A stretch of DNA of 64,000 nt, from the NCBI GenBank assembly GCA_014762505.1, contig JABURS010000019.1, forward strand, positions 12,919-76,918, in the 5' to 3' direction. Shown piece after piece: positions 41,092 through 50,786 of this stretch. How positions within the stretch are numbered: the stretch's first letter is position 1; every line of letters starts with the position of its first letter. The stretch is from Chromatiales bacterium. Lineage in GTDB: Bacteria > Pseudomonadota > Gammaproteobacteria > SpSt-1174. The position numbers and the translations under genes were made by a program. The notes below the pieces were generated by a model, which saw only the letters and a list, made by a program, of their open reading frames with translations, did no database searches and was not told where the DNA came from.

Positions 41092-41532
41092 TCAGGCCGG
41101 CGGTTCGTCGGCCGGGCCGGCGAGCTCCTCGTGCAGCGCGGCCATCACGCGGCCGACGATCTCGTCGCGGGCCTCGCGCAGCTGGCGGGAGAGGGCCTCG
41201 TCCACCAGGGCCTCGATGCGCGGCTCCAGGGCGCTGAGCAGGGCGGCGGCATCGATGTCTGCTGCCGGGCCGGAGGTCCCGCTGCGTTCCGGGGCCGCCG
41301 GGGAGGCGTCCTCGTACGCCATCCCCAGCCACGCCTCGGCCTCGCGCACGGCCTCGGCGAAGAAGTCGGCATCCTCCGGTTCGGCGGCCGGGGCGTCGGT
41401 GGCCGGCTCCGGCTCCAGCTGCATGTCCAGCTGGCCGTCGGTGGCGGGTGCCGGTCTCGGCCGGCTGTGGCTGCCGGGCTGCACCAGGTCGGTGAGGGTG
41501 GGGATGTCGGTGTCGCGGTCTCTGGCGGTCAT
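41092..41532 (-). CDS. Hypothetical acidic, Ala/Pro/Glu/Asp-rich protein (146 aa)
   Basis: ORF between holC and valS. Low complexity. Confidence 0.4.
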   Translation of the reverse strand: MTARDRDTDIPTLTDLVQPGSHSRPRPAPATDGQLDMQLEPEPATDAPAAEPEDADFFAEAVREAEAWLGMAYEDASPAAPERSGTSGPAADIDAAALLSALEPRIEALVDEALSRQLREARDEIVGRVMAALHEELAGPADEPPA

Positions 41533-41536
41533 GGGA

Positions 41537-41965
41537 TCACCGGTCGAGTTCGTGGGTGGCGAGCGGGTAGCCCCGGTCGCGGTAGAAGCGGAAACGCTCG
41601 CGGCCGAGGCGGCGGGCCGCCTCGTCGCGGTCGATGATCTCGGCCACGCGCTCGAAGCGGCTGAAAAAGCCCGGCACCTCGGGGGCGAGGTTGATGAGCA
41701 CCTCGCACTCGCCGGTCGGCTCCCAGCACTCGCTGAGGGTGACTGGACAGTCCGCGCCGGCCTCGGTCACGCGCTCGTGCGGCAGGAAGCTGCCGTCGCG
41801 AAAGGTCCACAGCAGCTCGTCGAGCATCACGGCCTCCTCGGCGGAGGCGGCGTGCAGGTGCACCCGATGTCCCATGCCCCAGGCCTTTTCCGCCAGCCGG
41901 CAGGCCGTGAGGTGGCGGCCTGCCCTGGCGTCATCGCCGAGGATGTAGAAGTCGACGCGGGTCAT
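41537..41965 (-). CDS. holC: DNA polymerase III subunit chi
   Basis: MTRVDFYIL.. N-terminus. 142 aa. Conserved pepA-holC-valS synteny. Confidence 0.85.
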   Translation of the reverse strand: MTRVDFYILGDDARAGRHLTACRLAEKAWGMGHRVHLHAASAEEAVMLDELLWTFRDGSFLPHERVTEAGADCPVTLSECWEPTGECEVLINLAPEVPGFFSRFERVAEIIDRDEAARRLGRERFRFYRDRGYPLATHELDR

Positions 41966-41972
41966 CGGCCGG

Positions 41973-43466
41973 TCAGTGCGCCCGTTTGAGCAGCCAGGAC
42001 ATGAGCAGCGGCACCGGCCGGCCGGTGGCGCCCTTGTCCTTGCCGGACTTCCAGGCCGTGCCGGCGATGTCCATGTGCGCCCAGTGGTACTTCTTTGCGA
42101 AACGCGAGAGGAAGCAGGCGGCGGTGATGCTGCCGGCCGGGCGACCGCCGATGTTGGCCATGTCGGCGAAGTTGCTGTCCAGCTGTTCCTGGTAGTCGTC
42201 CCACAGCGGCAGTTCCCAGGCCGGGTCCACCGCGTCCTTGCCGGCGGTCAGCAGGTCGTTCACCAGTGGGCTGTGGTTGCCGAGCACCGCCGAGGCGACG
42301 TGGCCCAGGGCGATGATGCAGGCACCGGTGAGGGTGGCGATGTCCACCACGGCGGCGGGGTGGTACTTCTCCACGGAGGTGAGGGCGTCGCAGAGTACCA
42401 GGCGGCCCTCGGCGTCGGTGTTGAGGATCTCCACGGTCTGGCCGGACATCGTGGTGACGATGTCGCCGGGCTTGCTGGCGCGACCGTCGGGCATGTTCTC
42501 GGCGGCGGCCACCACGCCGACGATGTTGATCGGCAACTGCAGTTCGCAGACGGCGGTGATCACGCCGAACACGCTGGCGGCACCGCCCATGTCGAACTTC
42601 ATCTCGTCCATGGCCGCCCCCGGCTTGATGGAGATGCCACCGGTGTCGAAGGTGATGCCCTTGCCCACCAGCACCACCGGTCTGGCATTCTTGTCGCCGC
42701 CGCGATAGTCCATGGTGATGAGCTTGGCCGGCTGTTCGCTGCCCTTCGATACGGAGAGCAGGGCGCCCATGCCGAGCTTCTCCATGTCGGTCTCTTCCAG
42801 CACCTCGACCTTGAGCTTGCGGAAGGTCTTCTTCAGGCGCTGGGCCTCTTCCGCCAGGTAGGTCGGGGTGCAGATGTTGCCCGGCAGGTTGGCCAGGTCC
42901 TTTGCCCGCTTCATGCCGGCGGCGATGGCCATGCCCTCGCGGGCAGCCTGCTCGCCCTTCATCAGCTCGCGGCGGGTGGGTACGTTGAGTACGATCTTCT
43001 TCAGCGGCCGTTTGGCCTCGGGCTTCTTCTCGCTCTTGAGCTGGTCGAAGCGGTAGAGCGCATCCTCGGTGTGAATCACGGTCTGGCGGATCTTCCAGGC
43101 GCTGTCCGCGCCCTTGACCGCCAGCTCGGTGAGATAGGAGACGGCCTCGGTGGCGCCGCTGGCGTTGACGGCACGCACGGCCGCGACCGTGGCCTTCTGC
43201 AGGGCCTTTTCGTCGAATTCGCGCTCGCGGCCGCAGCCGACAACCAGCACGCGGTCACAGAGGGTGTTGGGCAAGTTGTAAAGCCACAGGGTCTGGCCGA
43301 GATCGCCCGTGAGGTCGCCGCGGCGCATCAGGGCGCCGATCATGCCCTCGCTGGCCTGGTCGATGGCCTTGGCGGCGGTGGACAGACGCTTGGACTGGAA
43401 CACGCCGACGATGACACAGGCGCTGCGTTGTTTTTCGGGCGTGCCGCTCTTGATGGCAAATTCCAT
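41973..43466 (-). CDS. pepA: Leucyl aminopeptidase (M17)
   Basis: NTDAEGRLVLCDAL M17 active-site signature. Start at MEFAIK (ATG 43466). Confidence 0.9.
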   Translation of the reverse strand: MEFAIKSGTPEKQRSACVIVGVFQSKRLSTAAKAIDQASEGMIGALMRRGDLTGDLGQTLWLYNLPNTLCDRVLVVGCGREREFDEKALQKATVAAVRAVNASGATEAVSYLTELAVKGADSAWKIRQTVIHTEDALYRFDQLKSEKKPEAKRPLKKIVLNVPTRRELMKGEQAAREGMAIAAGMKRAKDLANLPGNICTPTYLAEEAQRLKKTFRKLKVEVLEETDMEKLGMGALLSVSKGSEQPAKLITMDYRGGDKNARPVVLVGKGITFDTGGISIKPGAAMDEMKFDMGGAASVFGVITAVCELQLPINIVGVVAAAENMPDGRASKPGDIVTTMSGQTVEILNTDAEGRLVLCDALTSVEKYHPAAVVDIATLTGACIIALGHVASAVLGNHSPLVNDLLTAGKDAVDPAWELPLWDDYQEQLDSNFADMANIGGRPAGSITAACFLSRFAKKYHWAHMDIAGTAWKSGKDKGATGRPVPLLMSWLLKRAH

Positions 43467-43627
43467 GGGGGTCTCCTGTTGATCGTGGCGAGGATCGCAG
43501 TGGCCGGCACCGGTATGCGGTCTTCCGGCCTGCGTCGATGCGTCCAATTCTAGGGAAAATCCCGGCGAGTTACACGCAAAGGCATGGATTCCGCCCGGGC
43601 ATTTCCCGCTGGCAGCAGACTCGGCTG

Positions 43628-44149
43628 CTAGCCATGATCATCGTCGTCGCCGCTCCGGTCGCCAGCAGGCTTGCGTCCGGCGCGTATGTACACGAGTCGG
43701 GTGCCCGAGTAGAGGTCGTGTAGCGCCAGGCGATCGGCGCGAACCAGGCTGAGCAGGAAACCGCCACCCAGCAGTGCCCAGGAGACCAGTGCCCAGAGAT
43801 AGCGCTTGAGCGCATCGCCCCAGCCCAGCCTGCCGCCGTCGAAGCGCTCCACGCGCACGCCCCAGGTCTTCATCCCCAGCGACTGGCCGCCATGGGTCCA
43901 GAACCAGCCGTAGAAGACGTACACCACTGCGAGCAGGTAGGCATAAAAGCCAAGACGCAGCAGGAGACTGCCTTCGTAGAAGGCCGGGCGCAGCGCCTGT
44001 GCATCGTCCATGGGGGGCGTGAGCAGGACCACGGGTGGGATGCTCGCGATGAAGACCAGGGCGGCAATCAACAACAGATCGTAAACAATGCAGAGCAGAC
44101 GGCGTACCAGGCCCGCCGTCGGCAGGCTGTCGGTGCTGTGTAGAGTCAT
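43628..44149 (-). CDS. RDD-family membrane protein
   Basis: Start at internal Met54 of the 226-aa track ORF (ATG 44149). TM helices plus RDD-like motifs. Confidence 0.6.
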   Translation of the reverse strand: MTLHSTDSLPTAGLVRRLLCIVYDLLLIAALVFIASIPPVVLLTPPMDDAQALRPAFYEGSLLLRLGFYAYLLAVVYVFYGWFWTHGGQSLGMKTWGVRVERFDGGRLGWGDALKRYLWALVSWALLGGGFLLSLVRADRLALHDLYSGTRLVYIRAGRKPAGDRSGDDDDHG

Positions 44150-44281
44150 GTTTTCGGGAAAAGGCGCTTTATGGATAAAGGGATGCTTGTGTGTTAAATA
44201 CAATACTGCAAGGGGGGGATTGATAACACAGACAAGCACAATAAATAAGAAAATTTTAATAAACCACTCGGAGGAAATTCC
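44150..44281. promoter_or_regulatory. AT-rich divergent intergenic/promoter region upstream of the paralog triplet
   Basis: About 35% GC in a 65% GC genome. AGGAAAT SD before ATG 44282. Confidence 0.3.
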
Positions 44282-44638
44282 ATGAGCGTAGTCTCGGAGC
44301 TGATGCACCTGCCCGGCGTCATTGCGGCAGGTGAGTATTCATATCGGGGGGATCGCTATTCCTATGAAGGCAAACTGGACGAGGAAATGGCGCGCATGGC
44401 GTCCATCATGTGCCGCGCCACCAGCATGGGGGTGCACATGGAGGGCGGCATACTCGGTGACTACTGCGAAAACTGCGGCCTGGTGCCCGTGAAGGGCTGG
44501 GCGGTGAAGGGGCCGCACTTCGCCGTCTGCGTCATGGCGAATGTGTTCTGTTTTCTCGACGCACAGGCCGGTTCATTGAACGAGGCGATGCGCACCCTGC
44601 AGCGCAACCTCGCGGATGCGCCGGATAACCTGATCTGA
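44282..44638 (+). CDS. Small protein, paralog 1 of 3 (Roadblock/LC7-like fold predicted; possibly DUF2173-type)
   Basis: N-terminal L..LPGVIAAGEYS..G motif shared with paralog 2; C-terminal KGW.V.G....C....C..D..G.LNE.M..L shared with paralog 3. Confidence 0.6.
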   Translation: MSVVSELMHLPGVIAAGEYSYRGDRYSYEGKLDEEMARMASIMCRATSMGVHMEGGILGDYCENCGLVPVKGWAVKGPHFAVCVMANVFCFLDAQAGSLNEAMRTLQRNLADAPDNLI

Positions 44639-44705
44639 ATAACAACAAGCCACATCACAACAACACAACAACACAAATCACCACTGATTCAGGATTGGAG
44701 GGAAC

Positions 44706-45041
44706 ATGGCTGATCTCGACAAACTCATGGGCCTGCCGGGTGCGATGGCGGCGTTCGAATATTCCGACAAGGGGGAGCTGGTCGCCAGCAAGATCGCTTC
44801 GGGGGCCGATCTCAACGAACAGGTACTGGACATGCTGAGTCATGTCTGCGTGGCCAATGTCTCGATTGCCACCATGCAGGCGCGCGGTTGGGAAGGGCTG
44901 ACCGGCATGAAGGGCTTCTACCCGATCGGCGGCTTCACGCTGATGGGGGTGGACTGGTCTGCCGTGGCCCGCGGTACCCAGGGCGTGGTGCTGAAGAACA
45001 GCGACGCGGACTATCAGGCCGCCTACGACGCGCTGGCGTAA
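44706..45041 (+). CDS. Small protein, paralog 2 of 3 (Roadblock/LC7-like)
   Basis: MADLDKLMGLPGAMAAFEYSDKGELV.. collinear with paralog 1. GGAGGGA SD. Confidence 0.6.
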   Translation: MADLDKLMGLPGAMAAFEYSDKGELVASKIASGADLNEQVLDMLSHVCVANVSIATMQARGWEGLTGMKGFYPIGGFTLMGVDWSAVARGTQGVVLKNSDADYQAAYDALA

Positions 45042-45053
45042 CGGGGAGGTGGC

Positions 45054-45383
45054 ATGATCAAACGAATGCTGGCATTGGACGGCGTGCAGGTCGTCGTGCA
45101 TTTTCGCGATGACGGCCAGTTCGTCGAGGGCTATGGCGGGTTGCCGGAAGAGCACATGGTGCGGCTGGCCCGTTTCGCCCATGAATACAAGCGACTCACC
45201 CAGGGGAATGCCGATCAGCTTTCCATGTTCACGCAGCGCCGTGGCTGGACACCGCCAAAGGGCTGGATCGTGCATGGACAGGCCATGAGCGTGTGTAGTG
45301 TCGGCAACCTGGCATGTGTGATCGACCACACAGGCAATCTGAACGAAATCATGAAGGAACTCGAAGAAGCGTCGAGTTATTGA
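45054..45383 (+). CDS. Small protein, paralog 3 of 3 (Roadblock/LC7-like)
   Basis: ML.LDGVQVVV.F.DDGQFV plus KGWIVHG..SVCSVGNLACVIDHTGNLNEIMKEL. Confidence 0.6.
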   Translation: MIKRMLALDGVQVVVHFRDDGQFVEGYGGLPEEHMVRLARFAHEYKRLTQGNADQLSMFTQRRGWTPPKGWIVHGQAMSVCSVGNLACVIDHTGNLNEIMKELEEASSY

Positions 45384-45400
45384 TGTCGTCTCTTGTCATG

Positions 45401-45435
45401 AAAACGGGCCCGGTCAACCGGGCCCGTTTTTTTTA
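45401..45435 (+). terminator. Rho-independent terminator after the paralog triplet
   Basis: ACGGGCCCGG-TCAA-CCGGGCCCGT followed by TTTTTTTT. Confidence 0.75.
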
Positions 45436-45521
45436 CGCCTGGATAATTCACTGATTGTGTTTGAAAAAAAACTTTTAACACATATACTCGGGGTGAACTT
45501 CTTTTTGGGAGACAACCACCA

Positions 45522-46055
45522 ATGGCTGGCGTAAAGAAGGCTGCAACGAAGAAAAAGGCTGCGCGTCGCGCGGCCGGTACCAAGAAGGCGAGCACGAAGA
45601 AGTCCACCACGAAAAAGACCGCTACCCGTCGCGCAGGCACGAAGAAGAAGGCGGTGCGCGCAACCACCACGAAGAAAAAGGCTGCGACGAAGAAGAAGGC
45701 CGCTGCCAAGAAAAAGGCCGGCGCACGCAAGGGTGGCGCCACCCGGGCACGTAATGCCGCTTCCCGCGAGCGCGCCGCCAAGCAGCGCGAGCTGGTGAAA
45801 AACCTGCGCGATACCGTCAAGGCGCTCAAGGCCGAGATGAAGGCGGTCAAGGACCAGGCAAAGGCCGAAGCGAAGCTGTTCAAGGAAGAACTCAATGGCG
45901 TCCTCAAGCGCGAACAGGAACTGCTCAAGTTGGGTGAGAAGAAGGCCGCCGAGATGATTCGTCACGGCGAACGCTGGGAAAAGAAACAGATCGCCAGAAT
46001 CAAGAAGGCGGTCGGCAAGAAAAAGAGCCGTCGCAAGAAAAAGGCGGCATCCTGA
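45522..46055 (+). CDS. Histone H1-like Lys/Ala-repeat DNA-binding protein with C-terminal coiled coil
   Basis: N-terminal (K/T)KKAA repeats (AlgP/H1-like), then a heptad-like region (KALKAEMKAVKDQAKAEAKLFKEEL..). Own AT-rich promoter. Confidence 0.65.
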   Translation: MAGVKKAATKKKAARRAAGTKKASTKKSTTKKTATRRAGTKKKAVRATTTKKKAATKKKAAAKKKAGARKGGATRARNAASRERAAKQRELVKNLRDTVKALKAEMKAVKDQAKAEAKLFKEELNGVLKREQELLKLGEKKAAEMIRHGERWEKKQIARIKKAVGKKKSRRKKKAAS

Positions 46056-46067
46056 GCGATCAGGCAG

Positions 46068-46104
46068 TAACGAAAAAGGCGGCCCGAACGGGCCGCCTTT
46101 TTCG
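46068..46104. terminator. Bidirectional rho-independent terminator (histone-like gene on +, moeA on -)
   Basis: A-run + AGGCGGCCCG-AA-CGGGCCGCCT + TTTTTCG. Confidence 0.7.
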
Positions 46105-46140
46105 TTGAGCCACAAAAAAATGGTGACAATCGTCTGCTGC

Positions 46141-47385
46141 TCAGAACAACCCGGCGAACGGAATCACCTCCACCCATTCCCCCGCCTCGACATCCCCCGA
46201 CTCGCGCGGCAGCGCGATGAAGCAGTTGGCCCGGCTCATGGAGCTCAGCACATGCGAGCCCTGCAGGCCGGTGGTGTCGACGGCGAGCGTACCGTCGTCC
46301 GCCTGTGCGAGGATACCGCGCTGGTAGTCCTTGCGTCCCGGCCTTTTCTTCAGGCGGTTCTGTGTGCGTGCCTTCAGCATGAGTGGCGGAACTGGAATGG
46401 CACCGGCGCGCTTGAGCAGCGCCGGGCGTGCGAACAGGATGAAGGTGGCCATCACGGATACGGGATTGCCGGGCAGGCCGAAGAACACGGCCTCGCCCAG
46501 GCGGCCGAAGGCGAGCGGGCGGCCGGGTTTCATGGCGATCTTCCAGAAATCCACCTTGCCCAGCGCGTCGAGCGTCTGTTTCACGTAGTCGGCATCGCCC
46601 ACCGAGACGCCGCCGGAGGTGATGACCACGTCGGCATGGGCTGCGGCCTCGGCGAAGGCGGCGCGCACGGCCGCGGGGTCATCCGGGATCACGCCCATGT
46701 CGCGGATGATGACCGGCAGGCGCTCGAGCAGGGCGTGCAGGGTATAGCGGTTGCTGTCGTAGATGTCGCCCTCGCCGAGCCTGCTGCCGATGCCCTTGAG
46801 TTCGTCGCCGGTGGAAAAGAAGGCCACCACCGGCCGGCGATGGACGTCGATCTCGGCGATACCGAAGGAGGCGAGCAGGCCGATGTCGGCGGCATTCAGC
46901 CGGCGGCCGGCCTCGAGTACCACCTCGCCGGCCTGCATGTCCTCGCCGGGATGGCGCACGTTGTCACCCGCCCGCTGCCCCGGCGCGAGGATGATGGTGT
47001 CGCCCTGGCGTTGCACGTTTTCCTGCATGACGACGGTGTCGGCCCCCGTGGGGACCACGGCGCCGGTCATGATGCGCACGGCCTGGCCGGCCGCGAGTTC
47101 GCCTGCAAAGGGTCTGCCGGCGAAGGACCCGCCGATCACGGCAAGTCGCGCCTCGCCCTCTGCCGGCAGGTCGGCGGATCTCACGGCATAGCCGTCCATC
47201 GCCGAGTTGCGGTGGGGCGGTACGTCGAAGGGGGCCGTCACATCGGTGGCGAGCACGCGGTCGAGCGCGGCACGCAGAAAGACGCGTTCGCGGCCGCTCA
47301 CCGGCTCGACGATGCGGTCGATGAGTGCCTGTGCCTGTTCGACCGTGAGTGAATTCGGATCGTATTCGTCGCAGCCGTGGTTCAT
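46141..47385 (-). CDS. moeA: Molybdopterin molybdotransferase
   Basis: MoeA N and C domains; GG motif region. 414 aa. Confidence 0.9.
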   Translation of the reverse strand: MNHGCDEYDPNSLTVEQAQALIDRIVEPVSGRERVFLRAALDRVLATDVTAPFDVPPHRNSAMDGYAVRSADLPAEGEARLAVIGGSFAGRPFAGELAAGQAVRIMTGAVVPTGADTVVMQENVQRQGDTIILAPGQRAGDNVRHPGEDMQAGEVVLEAGRRLNAADIGLLASFGIAEIDVHRRPVVAFFSTGDELKGIGSRLGEGDIYDSNRYTLHALLERLPVIIRDMGVIPDDPAAVRAAFAEAAAHADVVITSGGVSVGDADYVKQTLDALGKVDFWKIAMKPGRPLAFGRLGEAVFFGLPGNPVSVMATFILFARPALLKRAGAIPVPPLMLKARTQNRLKKRPGRKDYQRGILAQADDGTLAVDTTGLQGSHVLSSMSRANCFIALPRESGDVEAGEWVEVIPFAGLF

Positions 47386-47924
47386 GCGGCAGGCCCTTTC
47401 CTGAGGTGGTTCATGATGAAGTCGGCCACGCCTGCCGGGTCGTTGATCGACAGCAGTGGCAGCCCGGTGTCGAGCATCTCCGGCGCGTCGGTGGCGATGG
47501 CGATGATGTCGCTGTCCGCCGGGTACAACAGCGGCTTGCCGACCTCGCGGCGATGCAGCTCGATCTTGGGGAAGGCCTCGTGCTTGAAGCCCTCGACCAG
47601 GATGAGGTCGGCCCGGTCCTGGTCGATGCGGGCGACGAGCTCGGCCAGTTGCGGCTCGCGCGGGCTGTCGAGATCGGTCATCAGCGCCCAGCGGACATCG
47701 GAGGTGATGAGCATCTGCGCCGCACCGGCCTTGCGCAGCTCGTAGCTGTCCTTGCCGGGCTGGTCCACGTCGAAGGCATGATGCGCGCGCTTGATCATGG
47801 CGATGCGCAGGCCCCGCTCCCGCAGCAGGGGGATGAGCTGCGTGAGCAGGGTGGTCTTGCCCGTGCCGCTGTAGGCGGCAAAGCCGAGCACCGGGATGCG
47901 GGCCTGGATGGGGCGATCAGTCAT
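47382..47924 (-). CDS. mobB: Molybdopterin-guanine dinucleotide biosynthesis adapter protein
   Basis: P-loop GFAAYSGTGKTTL. 180 aa. ATGA overlap with moeA. Confidence 0.85.
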   Translation of the reverse strand: MTDRPIQARIPVLGFAAYSGTGKTTLLTQLIPLLRERGLRIAMIKRAHHAFDVDQPGKDSYELRKAGAAQMLITSDVRWALMTDLDSPREPQLAELVARIDQDRADLILVEGFKHEAFPKIELHRREVGKPLLYPADSDIIAIATDAPEMLDTGLPLLSINDPAGVADFIMNHLRKGPAA

Positions 47925-48498
47925 GTCCTGCGAGGTCCTGCGGCGTGTTGATGTTGGTGAAGACGTCCGGCTGGTCGGAAAAGTCTACCGTGACCGGTGC
48001 CTGTTCACGAACCCAGGCCTGCACCCGGCGCTCGCCGGCGTCGAGAAAACGGGTCAGCGAGGGGGCGATGCGGGTGCGCAGGAGCGCGAACAGCGGCTGC
48101 AGGCGTTCGCCATCCTGCGGCACGGCGAGGCCGGCGGCGGGGGTCGCTTCCAGTGCGGCAGAAAGGCGCGACGGCCAGTCCTGTGGCGGGTGCGGGCAGT
48201 CCACGGGCAGCAGGAGCAGCAGCGGCGTGGTCACGACAGCCAGTGCGGCCTCGATGCCGGCCAGCGGACCCGGGTAGTCGGCACGCGTGTCGGCCACCAC
48301 CCGGCGACCGGTCTGGCCATAGATGTCGAGATGGCGGTTGGCGCTGATGAGGATCTCGTCGCAGCGGCCATCGAGATGGGCCAGGGCGATGTCGATCAGG
48401 CGCCGCCCGTCATAGACCACCAGGCCCTTGTCGCGGCCGCCCAGGCGGCTGCCTTGGCCACCGGTGAGGATCAGGGCTGTGAGGGCGTGGGTCGTCAT
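47917..48498 (-). CDS. mobA: Molybdenum cofactor guanylyltransferase
   Basis: LILTGGQGSRLGG..DKGL N-terminal motif. Start ATG 48498 (track extension is artefact). Confidence 0.85.
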   Translation of the reverse strand: MTTHALTALILTGGQGSRLGGRDKGLVVYDGRRLIDIALAHLDGRCDEILISANRHLDIYGQTGRRVVADTRADYPGPLAGIEAALAVVTTPLLLLLPVDCPHPPQDWPSRLSAALEATPAAGLAVPQDGERLQPLFALLRTRIAPSLTRFLDAGERRVQAWVREQAPVTVDFSDQPDVFTNINTPQDLAGHD

Positions 48499-48577
48499 CG
48501 GCTTGCGGTTGCGGTTGCGGTCTCGGGCCAGACGCGCGATGCTACCACAATCGCAGGGCCTGAAACGGGAGCGAGAA

Positions 48578-49981
48578 ATGGGCAGAGGATGGCGCAGGCT
48601 GGTGTTTCTGACGCTGTTTGCCGTGGGCGGGCTGCTGGCCGTGCAGGCGCAGACGCCGCGCCCGGCCGTGGTGCTCGACATCAAGGGCGCGATCGGTCCG
48701 GCCACGGCCGACTACGTGGTGCGCGGGATCGAGCGCGCCGAGGAGCGCGACGCTGCGGTGGTGGTGCTGCGCATGGATACGCCCGGCGGTCTCGACACCT
48801 CCATGCGGCAGATGATCAAGGCCATCCTCGGCTCGCGCGTGCCCGTCGCGACCTACGTCTATCCCTCCGGCTCGCGCGCCGCCAGCGCCGGCACCTACAT
48901 CCTCTACGCCAGTCACGTGGCGGCCATGGCGCCCGCCACCAATCTCGGTTCGGCCACGCCGGTGCAGATCGGTGGCATGCCTGGCATGCCCGAGGAGCCG
49001 AAGTCACCGGCAGGGCCCGCCTCCCCGGAGCAGTCGGGTGAGGAGGATAAGCCGGCGGCGGGGGAGGAGTCGAAGGCGCCGAAGCCGGGCGATGGCAGCA
49101 CCGCCATGGAGCGCAAGGTCATCAACGACGCGGCCGCCTATATCCGCGGCCTGGCCGAGCGGCGTGGCCGCAATGCCGAATGGGCGGAGCGCGCGGTGCG
49201 CGAGGCGGTCAACCTCACCGCCGAGGAGGCAGCGGCCCAGAACGTGATCGACCTGGTGGCCGAGGACCTCAGCGACCTGCTGCAGCAGATGCACGGTCGT
49301 ACGGTGAAGATGGAGATCGGCGGCATCACCCTGGATACCGCCAATGCACCGGTGGAATTCGTCGAGCCCGACTGGCGCTACGAACTGCTGTCCATCATCA
49401 CCGATCCGAACATCGCCTACATCCTGATGATGATCGGCATCTATGGCCTGATCTTCGAGCTCTCCAACCCGGGTTACGTGCTGCCGGGTGTGGTCGGCGC
49501 CATCTGCCTGGTACTGGCGCTGTATGCCTTTCAGGTGCTGCCGATCAACTATGCCGGCCTGGCGCTCATCCTGCTGGGTATCATCTTCATGGTCGGCGAG
49601 GCCTTCATGCCCAGCTTTGGTGCGCTGGGGCTGGGTGGGGTGATCGCCTTTGCGGTCGGTTCCGTGATCTTGCTGGACGAGGAGAACCTGAGCGTGTCAT
49701 TGCCTTTGATCGGGGGTACGGCGCTGCTGTCGGCGGTGTTTTTCCTTTGGGTTGCGGGTATGTTCATCCGCATGCGCCGGAAGAAGTACGTCAGCGGTGC
49801 AGAAGAGATGATCGGCGCGCAGGGCGAGGCGCTGGAGGACTTCGACAGGAGCGGGCACATCCGCGTGCACAGCGAACTGTGGACGGGCGTGAGCGAACAG
49901 CCCGTACGCAAGGGGCAGCGCGTCGAGGTGCTGTCCATGGATGGATTGAAACTGAACATCAAGGTGTTGGAGGACAACTGA
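48578..49981 (+). CDS. nfeD: NfeD-family membrane-bound ClpP-class serine protease
   Basis: Signal/TM, ClpP-like domain (RMDTPGG, SAG), C-terminal TM plus OB domain. Paired with the SPFH gene. Confidence 0.85.
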   Translation: MGRGWRRLVFLTLFAVGGLLAVQAQTPRPAVVLDIKGAIGPATADYVVRGIERAEERDAAVVVLRMDTPGGLDTSMRQMIKAILGSRVPVATYVYPSGSRAASAGTYILYASHVAAMAPATNLGSATPVQIGGMPGMPEEPKSPAGPASPEQSGEEDKPAAGEESKAPKPGDGSTAMERKVINDAAAYIRGLAERRGRNAEWAERAVREAVNLTAEEAAAQNVIDLVAEDLSDLLQQMHGRTVKMEIGGITLDTANAPVEFVEPDWRYELLSIITDPNIAYILMMIGIYGLIFELSNPGYVLPGVVGAICLVLALYAFQVLPINYAGLALILLGIIFMVGEAFMPSFGALGLGGVIAFAVGSVILLDEENLSVSLPLIGGTALLSAVFFLWVAGMFIRMRRKKYVSGAEEMIGAQGEALEDFDRSGHIRVHSELWTGVSEQPVRKGQRVEVLSMDGLKLNIKVLEDN

Positions 49982-49982
49982 T

Positions 49983-50786
49983 ATGGGAATCACGCTGCTG
50001 GTACCGCTGGCGATCATCGTCGGCTTTCTCTTTCTCTCCATCAAGATCGTGCCGGAGTACGAGCGCCTGGTGGTGTTCTTCCTCGGTCGCTTCCAGATCG
50101 TCAAGCAGCCGGGCCTGCGCATCGTCATTCCGGGCATTCAACAGATGGTGCGCGTGGACATGCGCGTCATCACCATGGACGTGCCCAGCCAGGACGTGAT
50201 CTCGCGCGACAACGTCACGGTACGCGTGAACGCGGTGCTGTATTTCCGCGTGGTCGATCCCGAGCGCTCCATCATCCAGGTCGAGGACTACTATGCCGCC
50301 ACCAGCCAGCTGGCGCAGACCACGCTGCGCTCGGTGCTGGGCCAGCACGAGCTGGACGAGATGCTGGCCGAGCGCGACAAGCTCAATGCCGACATCCAGG
50401 GCATTCTCGATTCGCAGACCGATGCCTGGGGCATCAAGGTGACCAACGTCGAGATCAAGCACGTGGACCTGGACGAAAGCATGATCCGCGCCATCGCCCG
50501 CCAGGCGGAGGCCGAGCGCGAACGCCGCGCCAAGGTGATCAACGCCGAGGGCGAATACCAGGCCTCCAAGCGCCTGCTGGCGGCCGCGGCCATCATCTCC
50601 AGGAACCCGCAGGCCCTGCAGCTGCGTTACCTGCAGACCATGGCCGACATGTCGAGCAAGAACTCGAGCACCGTGTTCTTCCCTCTGCCCTTCGACATGC
50701 TCAGGGCCTTCAGCGACAAGTTCACGCCGCCGAGCCCGCCGGACTTCCCGGAACTCGATGACGAGGACGACGACACCACCGCATGA
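49983..50786 (+). CDS. SPFH/Band 7 (stomatin-like) protein
   Basis: [15 protein letters not shown].. stomatin signature. Coiled-coil C-terminus. Confidence 0.9.
   Translation: MGITLLVPLAIIVGFLFLSIKIVPEYERLVVFFLGRFQIVKQPGLRIVIPGIQQMVRVDMRVITMDVPSQDVISRDNVTVRVNAVLYFRVVDPERSIIQVEDYYAATSQLAQTTLRSVLGQHELDEMLAERDKLNADIQGILDSQTDAWGIKVTNVEIKHVDLDESMIRAIARQAEAERERRAKVINAEGEYQASKRLLAAAAIISRNPQALQLRYLQTMADMSSKNSSTVFFPLPFDMLRAFSDKFTPPSPPDFPELDDEDDDTTA

Noticed and set aside
41976-43553. 525-aa plus ORF antisense to pepA
   Set aside because: Shadow ORF. pepA M17 signature is on the minus strand.
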